From: a virus
Lineage: Duplodnaviria > Caudoviricetes
IMG/VR virus record: IMGVR_UViG_3300044732_000890
Span: 1-50,688 of that record
Length of the DNA stretch: 50,688 bases
Reading direction: 5' to 3' (one strand)
Below the pieces are notes generated by a model. That model did not search any database. It saw nothing but the letters and a program-made list of their open reading frames with translations, and was not told the DNA's origin. Position 1 is the stretch's first letter. Every line of letters begins with the position of its first letter. The position numbers and the translations under genes are program-made. Shown piece by piece: positions 44,506 through 50,688 of this stretch.

Positions 44506-44901
44506 TCACAGAGAGAGCCGATAGTTCATAGCGACACTCATCCGATAATCTTTGTCGGCCAGACCGCCGCTATCCTCTTCAACCGGCTCATAGTTGATCA
44601 GCGTCAGGTTCTTGTCGCCGTGCTCAAAGAGAAGCGGAACGATACCCTCGACAGCATCAAGGCAGGCCTTGTCGCCCACACCCGGCCGGGCGATGAAAAT
44701 GAGGTTGATGAAGCCATGCTCAATGAACTGAGGTTTGCAGAAGTTGCCCTCATGCATTTCGCTGACGAATATGGCCGTGAACCAGACAGGGTCAGATGGC
44801 GTCACGCTTACGTTGACCGTGTCGTAAAACGGAATGCCGGTAACCGCCGACACTTCGGCGCACCACTTTCTGACTTTTTGCCTTACATAGCTGGAGGACA
44901 T
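44506..44901 (-). CDS. Tail terminator-like protein
   Basis: Size and position upstream of major tail; HGFINLIFIARPGVGD. Confidence 0.6.
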   Translation of the reverse strand: MSSSYVRQKVRKWCAEVSAVTGIPFYDTVNVSVTPSDPVWFTAIFVSEMHEGNFCKPQFIEHGFINLIFIARPGVGDKACLDAVEGIVPLLFEHGDKNLTLINYEPVEEDSGGLADKDYRMSVAMNYRLSL

Positions 44902-45242
44902 CAGTTCGCACCCCGAACGTATACTTTCCAGCCGATGACCTCACCATTCAGGTTCACCGGATGAACCGCATCAGCAGTGTGCCGAACACCTTGGACAATG
45001 AAGCTGTCGAACTTCTCCGGTGGAACGAGCGCCTCTGAGGCCAGCACCGTCATGATGACGGCATTGATGCCGTAGGCGTTGACGATAGCCTCGTCCTTGA
45101 CACCGGCCGTCCTGAAGCCAACGGTCAGCCGCGCAGCCGAACCTTCAACTTTCGCCCGCTCCCAAGAGGCAGGAACGCCCAGATCCGCGACAGCCCGCTC
45201 AAAGGAAGACTTAATCGAAGCGAATTGGGACGCGCCTAGCAT
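44901..45242 (-). CDS. Head-tail joining (stopper-like) protein
   Basis: 113 aa beta-rich, PEKFDSFIVQG; follows adaptor. Confidence 0.55.
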   Translation of the reverse strand: MLGASQFASIKSSFERAVADLGVPASWERAKVEGSAARLTVGFRTAGVKDEAIVNAYGINAVIMTVLASEALVPPEKFDSFIVQGVRHTADAVHPVNLNGEVIGWKVYVRGAN

Positions 45243-45790
45243 GTCGTCCTCCGATAGGTATCGAGGATGCCGCTATATGGACCCAACACATTTGCATTAT
45301 TCGCGCTCGAGGAAGTACCGCCAGAGTTATTGTAACGTATCGTCCCGACATCGGGGATCGTCACACTGTCGATCACGCCGGCGGCGACAGTCGTGCCGCC
45401 AGACATAGACGGCCACACGCTGTCGAATACACCCCAGAGGGCAAGCTCCAGGTCAGGCGGCAGCACCTTGTAGCCGCCGCTGTAGGCCACCTCAATCTCC
45501 TCGGAGACAAAGAAATTGGCAAACTGGATCAGGCCAGTACGGGCATGAACCTTCAAGTAGGGCAGCGGAGTGCCGCGCAGCTTGATGATCGCCTCAATCG
45601 GATAGCGAGGCAGGAACAGGGTGTCGCCCTCATGGTAATAAAAGAAGATGACATCGGCACCATAAGTAAACAGGCGATCACAGTAACGCTGCGCGATCAT
45701 GAGCGCGGCGTCCAGTGCAGACTGCAGCTGGACATCTTGCTCGTTCCCAACGATCCCGAGCCTCTTTTTTGCCGTCTCCAGGTCAAACAT
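45236..45790 (-). CDS. Head-tail adaptor (HK97 gp6-like)
   Basis: LETAKKRLGI..QD..L...AQRYCDRLF, LPRYPI, YSGGY..LPPDLELA. Confidence 0.85.
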   Translation of the reverse strand: MFDLETAKKRLGIVGNEQDVQLQSALDAALMIAQRYCDRLFTYGADVIFFYYHEGDTLFLPRYPIEAIIKLRGTPLPYLKVHARTGLIQFANFFVSEEIEVAYSGGYKVLPPDLELALWGVFDSVWPSMSGGTTVAAGVIDSVTIPDVGTIRYNNSGGTSSSANNANVLGPYSGILDTYRRTTC

Positions 45791-45862
45791 TTATCGCTCC
45801 GCTCCGAGTGGATAGGCGCACGAAATTGCCGATTTGAGAAGCGCATAAGTCGCTTTTCTTCA

Positions 45863-46093
45863 TCACTTTTCCATCCGCCCGCGCCCAGCAAAGGCCAAAG
45901 CAGCCGCCAAGGCTGCCGACATGATCTCGGCCATCTTTCCATCAGCCTTGCACTGCCCACCGCCGTTGATGATGTCGTTCGCGTAGAAGACGCACGCGCC
46001 CGTAATCGAAAGGCCAACGATAAGCTGTGAGGCGATCACGACCGCGACGAGGAAGAAGGCCGCCTTCTCCATGTTGAAGGGGCTATTGTCCAT
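45863..46093 (-). CDS. Putative holin
   Basis: 76 aa, two hydrophobic segments, basic C-terminus, coupled to lysin. Confidence 0.55.
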   Translation of the reverse strand: MDNSPFNMEKAAFFLVAVVIASQLIVGLSITGACVFYANDIINGGGQCKADGKMAEIMSAALAAALAFAGRGRMEK

Positions 46094-46794
46094 TACACGG
46101 TGCCTTTACTGATCAGTTCCGCGGCCATTCGATTGACCTCGGCCATGTAAGCCTCAAATTCCTCAACCGTAATGGTGCGGATCGTGACCTGCGGTGGCTG
46201 CTCTGGTTCAGGGCTGGTTTCCGGCGGCAGAGCCGGGGCCGCTTCGTATGCCGCCTCAAAGGCTTCCAAGAACTTGCGGTGGTAACCGGCAACAGTTTCC
46301 GCCCGGTCGGTGCCATTGATGATACGGCGGGCGTTCACCGGGTCGTCGACGCTGTCTGTGAAGTAGGTCGATAGGCGCTTTGACGTGAAGTCGCCATCCC
46401 GCATGCCTGAGTACATAACCTCCGCTGCAATGGCTGGTTCCAGCGCACGCTCCTTATTCGCACCCATCAGGTCGATGCCGAGTTTCCCGCCCATCTTGCG
46501 GTAATTGTCTTCCCAGGTAAGCTGAACGTAGCCACGTCCATAGTACGGGTAGTACGGCTTGCTCTGGAGATAGCTCTGGCCGCCGTACTCGGGAATCGGC
46601 TGCATCGTGTAGGCCGTCTCATGGTACGCGGTGGCGAAGCAATAGCTGATCCATCGGCGGTCGGGCCAGTTCTTCTCGTATTTCGCCTCGTAGGCATCCA
46701 GCATGTAGTTCATGCCGTCCACCTGAGACTGTTTCAATGAGCCGCTGAAAAGGCTAGCCCGCACCTTGGCGAAAAATGTGTCGCGGTTAATCAT
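46093..46794 (-). CDS. Endolysin, GH19/lysozyme-like
   Basis: FATAYHET..TMQPI.E, YYGRGYVQLTWEDNY, ARRIINGTDRA. Confidence 0.88.
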   Translation of the reverse strand: MINRDTFFAKVRASLFSGSLKQSQVDGMNYMLDAYEAKYEKNWPDRRWISYCFATAYHETAYTMQPIPEYGGQSYLQSKPYYPYYGRGYVQLTWEDNYRKMGGKLGIDLMGANKERALEPAIAAEVMYSGMRDGDFTSKRLSTYFTDSVDDPVNARRIINGTDRAETVAGYHRKFLEAFEAAYEAAPALPPETSPEPEQPPQVTIRTITVEEFEAYMAEVNRMAAELISKGTV

Positions 46795-48620
46795 CACGCA
46801 CCCCCAGTTGTGCCTAGACCCGTCTCAACTGCAGTCAGGCGAGTTTCGAGATCGGCAATCTTGTTGTTTGCCTTGGTGACAAGACCCTTGAGGCTGCTGA
46901 TCTTGGTTTCCGCAGCCTCCAGCGTAGTCGCGAGATTATTGAATGCCTCGGCTAGTGCCTTCTCAAGATCCAAAGCTTTCTGCTTCAGCGCGGCAACATC
47001 TTCCTCCATGACGTAGAGGTTCGTTCCCCACACCGGAGACGCTGCGTTGCCGCTGGAGAGGAGAGCCTGACCAGCCGCGCCGTACTTCGCCCCGTTGAAG
47101 GCAAGAGCGCCCTTAGAGTTGATACGCATGGCGTCAGTGTAGACAGCCTGAACGCCGTCCCAGACGCGGAACTCGATACGCGCCGGAATACCGGAGGCGG
47201 TCGGCGTGCCTTCAGCGACCGCCGTGATGGCTGCGGCCCGCATGAAGGCCGTTCCGTTTGAGGCGTTGAACTGAACCGTGCCAAGCTGCTCGCCCTGCGC
47301 CACCAAGCGATGCGTGCCGATAACGTCAGAGTTTGCCTTGCTAAAAACGATAGCCGGGGGCTGGTCGTTCGTGCTCCACCCGGTGATGGATGTCGTCATG
47401 CCGCCAATATTGTCGCCGTTGACCTGAAGGTTCGCAGAACTTTCGGCACCGTTCGGGCGGATCGTCGGGATGGAACCGCGCGAGCCAATGAGGACGTTGC
47501 CCACCTGACTGACGGCGAAGGGAGTTGCGTCGGGGCTTGCCTCGTCTTCAACAAGCAGCGCCCAGCCAGTTCCCTGCTGAGTGATGCGGAGGCCAGCAGA
47601 ACTGTCATTCGCGTCGATGGAACGAACTACCGGGTGAGTGTGACCCGCCAGAGCGTAGCGGGCATCCTGCTCTGCCTGAGAAAGCTGGAGCTTGTACCAA
47701 GCAGACCACACGTTATTTGTGCGCGAGCGCCGATAGGTATAGGTGTTGCCGCTGCCGTCGATTGCGTAGGCGTGTACCGTCTGCGTCACGTTTGCGCTGT
47801 TGATCGCTTCCACACGGCCAACGCACCAGTCACCGACAGGTGCATTCGTGCCTGTGGAGCAAAAATACCAACCGTTCTCAAGCGCGTTGTTCCAGTCCGT
47901 GACCGTCACGGCGTTCGCGCCCAACCGCGCCGGAAGAGCGTAACGCGCGTCCTGCTCGGCTTGAGAAGTCTGGAGCTTGTACCAAGCGCCCCACGCACCG
48001 CCCTGCCTGTCACGCTGGTAGGTCAGCGTGTCTCCAGCCGTGGCGCTCATGTAGCCAAAAGCAGTCTGCCGCAGGAAGTTGGTGTCGATATTGTTGGTGT
48101 ATACAAACCACCCCTGCAATGCAGTTGGCCTGTTGGCCCCGTCCCAAGTGCTGAACCAGCCCGTCTCTGTCGCAAGGTTGAGGTCCAATACACCGTTCCA
48201 AGCGGGACCAAGACGCGCCGGAAGAGCGCCGCCCTGCGAGGCAATCGTCAGCGTGTTCGCCGCATCGTCGTAGGTGACAGTGGTGTTCGCGCCAGCCTTA
48301 ATGAGGGCGGCGGCGCGGTCGTCAACGGCCTCCGCGAAGTCCGTGATCTGCGCGGCGGTGTGGGTGTGAGCCGTGGGTGCCGCGCCGACATCGGCTGCGG
48401 TCAGGACAACATCGCCAACCTTAGTGTTGACACTCGTCACCGGGGCTGTACCGCCGGAACCGCCAGCCGGAATAAGATCGACAGGCGCACCATTGGGGTC
48501 AATGACGCCAAGCTGCTTGTCAGCAAAATTCACATAAAGAGAACCCGTTGGCTGTGAGCCAGCGGCGGGCCTTGCGCCAGCTACGCTGGAGCGGGAAACC
48601 TGAACATGAGTCTTGGACAT
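46794..48620 (-). CDS. Fibre protein with two tandem knob-like repeats and C-terminal coiled coil
   Basis: VTSVNTKVGDVVLTAADVGA, HTHTAAQITDF, duplicated ALPARLG...GW...QT...AWYKLQxSQAEQDARYAL unit. Confidence 0.8.
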   Translation of the reverse strand: MSKTHVQVSRSSVAGARPAAGSQPTGSLYVNFADKQLGVIDPNGAPVDLIPAGGSGGTAPVTSVNTKVGDVVLTAADVGAAPTAHTHTAAQITDFAEAVDDRAAALIKAGANTTVTYDDAANTLTIASQGGALPARLGPAWNGVLDLNLATETGWFSTWDGANRPTALQGWFVYTNNIDTNFLRQTAFGYMSATAGDTLTYQRDRQGGAWGAWYKLQTSQAEQDARYALPARLGANAVTVTDWNNALENGWYFCSTGTNAPVGDWCVGRVEAINSANVTQTVHAYAIDGSGNTYTYRRSRTNNVWSAWYKLQLSQAEQDARYALAGHTHPVVRSIDANDSSAGLRITQQGTGWALLVEDEASPDATPFAVSQVGNVLIGSRGSIPTIRPNGAESSANLQVNGDNIGGMTTSITGWSTNDQPPAIVFSKANSDVIGTHRLVAQGEQLGTVQFNASNGTAFMRAAAITAVAEGTPTASGIPARIEFRVWDGVQAVYTDAMRINSKGALAFNGAKYGAAGQALLSSGNAASPVWGTNLYVMEEDVAALKQKALDLEKALAEAFNNLATTLEAAETKISSLKGLVTKANNKIADLETRLTAVETGLGTTGGA

Positions 48621-48684
48621 GTGCCTCTCCTAATTCGTTATCTAACGGGAGATGGGGAGGAGCCGCGGCCCCTCCCCTTGGTGC

Positions 48685-49692
48685 TTAGAACGTGCCGCCA
48701 TCGATGGGAGCGAGAAGCGCCACTTCGACCTGATCGAGTGCATCCTGCACGGTCGGGCCGGTCACGATGGTGTTGCCCGTGCCGTCATACGACACGTTGG
48801 CCGCAGCCACGTTCGCCATGCCGTAGTTGAGCGTCACAACCTTCGTACCATCAGAGGCAACCCAGTCCTGCTTGTTTGCGGCGACAGTGTTACCGGGACC
48901 AACTTCCGAGCCGGGCGTGGTGACGATCCAGAAGTAGTTCTTGGTCAGAGCCGGATCGACATCTGCGATGTTGGCCGGGACGTTGGCTACACCAGATGCA
49001 GGCGAGATAACGCCCGTCGAAGCGTCGAGCGTACCAGCGAAGATGATGCCGCCAGAAGCCATCGTGATGGCAGTCTGAAGTTCATTGATCGCCGGGACGA
49101 TAAGCTTCGCGTTGGTGGTCAGCGTGGAAAGACCGCCACCAAGGATATCGGCCTTCATCAGGGCGGTATCGATGAACTTGTCAGCCGTGCCAGCCTCAAC
49201 ATCAGCCGTGACGGCCTTGTTGACCTGGAGGTTGCCATTGGCATCAACAATGATCGTGGTGCCGTCAGCAAGCTCAGAGGCATAGCCAGGAGCGACAGAC
49301 AGGGTGCCATCGCCATTGTCGATGATGGTCGTGCCGTCACCCGTGACACCAGCAGCAGCAGCGCCCCAAGTCAGGTTGCCCGCGCCGTCGGTGACGATGG
49401 TGTCGCCAGCCGCGCCGCCCGAGACGAGAAGGTCAGCAACGGCGACAGCAAGCTTGGCGCCAGCCGCGAAGTTCTTCGTGCCGGAAGCAATTGTCTGGTT
49501 GCCCGTCAGTTCGACCTGACGCTGGTTGCTGATCAGAACCTTGCCAGAGCCGGTATTGCCGATGACAAGTTCGTCCTTGCCGCCGTTCGGCAGGAAGCCA
49601 CTGGCAGCATAAGCCAGTTCGCCGTCGAGAAGCGTCGGAACCGCAACAGCGGTGCTTCCTAGGTTACGTTTGATTTGAATCACTGTAGACAT
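48685..49692 (-). CDS. Fibre/spike-like virion protein
   Basis: IQIKR...LLDGELAY N-terminus, DGTTII repeats, IVPAINEL, TVQDALDQV, ends IDGGTF. Confidence 0.7.
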   Translation of the reverse strand: MSTVIQIKRNLGSTAVAVPTLLDGELAYAASGFLPNGGKDELVIGNTGSGKVLISNQRQVELTGNQTIASGTKNFAAGAKLAVAVADLLVSGGAAGDTIVTDGAGNLTWGAAAAGVTGDGTTIIDNGDGTLSVAPGYASELADGTTIIVDANGNLQVNKAVTADVEAGTADKFIDTALMKADILGGGLSTLTTNAKLIVPAINELQTAITMASGGIIFAGTLDASTGVISPASGVANVPANIADVDPALTKNYFWIVTTPGSEVGPGNTVAANKQDWVASDGTKVVTLNYGMANVAAANVSYDGTGNTIVTGPTVQDALDQVEVALLAPIDGGTF

Positions 49693-49760
49693 TGGTATTC
49701 TCCTAGGATTTCAAGTTGCAACTACCCGGTGACTCCGAGTTCCTGATTAATGCTTCCGCA

Positions 49761-50042
49761 TTAAAATTCCCCAGCACTGATCTGACCGCCCCACTTAACA
49801 ACGCCGGCGGGGTCAACAGTCAGTGCATCGTTTTCCCCGAGAGGCGGCTCTGGCAGCGTCAGGCCATTGCTCCCGAATTCTGATGTCGGCACCAGCTTCA
49901 GGGTGCCGTCGATGGTGGTGACGAGCGCATTGTCAGCGCCAGCATTCACCACTCTCATCTGGGAAATATCCTCGACGGAGAACTTCTCTCCGAGCTTGAG
50001 GATGGTGTCGTAAGCGCGATCCTGTGTGCGGCTCATGGTCAT
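49761..50042 (-). CDS. Small virion-associated hypothetical protein
   Basis: ATGA overlap with upstream gene; ends ISAGEF like neighbour's IDGGTF. Confidence 0.65.
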   Translation of the reverse strand: MTMSRTQDRAYDTILKLGEKFSVEDISQMRVVNAGADNALVTTIDGTLKLVPTSEFGSNGLTLPEPPLGENDALTVDPAGVVKWGGQISAGEF

Positions 50043-50688
50043 GCCCTCGGATAGATTTTGAAGCTGATGGTCTTGCGTTCTTTGCCCGCGACGTTGCTCA
50101 CGTCCTCAAGTGTGCAGTCGAAGGCGTTGTAGGCGGTCGAGCGGAACGTGCGTTGGAAGCTGCGGCCCACATACCCGTCGAAGCCCGTGAGCGTCTGGCA
50201 ACGGAACATATAAGCCTCGTTGATGTCGCCCGGCGGCCACCCGTCGAGGACGCTGAAGTCCACGACCCAGCCAGCACTGCTGACGGCATCGCATCCGTAG
50301 AGGTAGGGCGGGTGCGGGTTGGCAGGGAGAACCTCGAATGTCGTCCCGCGCCAATTCACGGAGCCGCCGCCCACCAACGTCTCAAAGGACGCGCCGACGC
50401 TCCGCGTGTCGATCTTCTCGTTGTTCAAGACACGCGCGTTGCGGTTTCTCATCCGCCAGCCGACAGGCTGCGATGTCGCACCCAAGCTGCCAGAGGTGCC
50501 GTTATTGATGAAGCTCGCAACCACCGCCGCCTCACCCTTGTTATTCACAAGAGTAAGCCCCGGCGCTTGGCCCTTAGCGTTGGAGGCGGTGTTTATGCTG
50601 GAAATCGCGCCGAAGGGCGTCGTCGTGTCAGCGTTGCGGAAGGCGTAGGTGCTGATCCAGCTTGCGCCGCTCCAGTTTCCATTAGTCG
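50039..50688 (-). CDS. Beta-rich virion protein, partial (enters from window end)
   Basis: Frame of ORF 50039..50548 is open to the end of the window (TNGNWSGASWISTYAF...). Confidence 0.7.
   Translation of the reverse strand, partial: TNGNWSGASWISTYAFRNADTTTPFGAISSINTASNAKGQAPGLTLVNNKGEAAVVASFINNGTSGSLGATSQPVGWRMRNRNARVLNNEKIDTRSVGASFETLVGGGSVNWRGTTFEVLPANPHPPYLYGCDAVSSAGWVVDFSVLDGWPPGDINEAYMFRCQTLTGFDGYVGRSFQRTFRSTAYNAFDCTLEDVSNVAGKERKTISFKIYPRA

Noticed and set aside
47310-49662. Long plus-strand ORFs (415 aa and 336 aa)
   Set aside because: Antisense to well-supported fibre genes in GC-rich sequence; no SD or recognisable motifs

Overview
The window looks like a complete or near-complete genome of a lytic tailed dsDNA phage (siphovirus-type). 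No integrase, tRNA or CRISPR was seen. The host is probably an alphaproteobacterium, judged from repeated CTTGAC-N17-CTATAT promoters and a stand-alone DnaA-domain-IV protein. The minus strand at 1-10.7 kb and 33-50.7 kb carries primase-helicase, HNH/terminase/cos-type packaging, an HK97-type head with portal placed after the capsid, several fibre genes, a GH19-like lysin and a tail module with a GGGAAAC -1 frameshift. The plus strand at 11-33 kb carries early genes behind a repeated promoter/5'-hairpin/TAACGGAGA cassette, a thymidine hypermodification cluster, PolB, Sak4-like ATPase, SSB, Cas4-like nuclease and SNF2 helicase. The cluster has dUMP hydroxymethylase, P-loop kinase, 5hmU DNA kinase, amino-acid:DNA transferase and a PLP enzyme. 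It also contains an extra SAM-dependent methyltransferase and has no radical-SAM enzyme, which points to a possibly undescribed N-methylated thymidine hypermodification. Other notable signals are a candidate antisense-RNA/leader-peptide switch on the primase gene, a structured intergenic RNA, iteron-like repeats, a REase-like + MT-A70 pair and a repeat-delimited microgene array. All family calls are by motif recognition, not database search.
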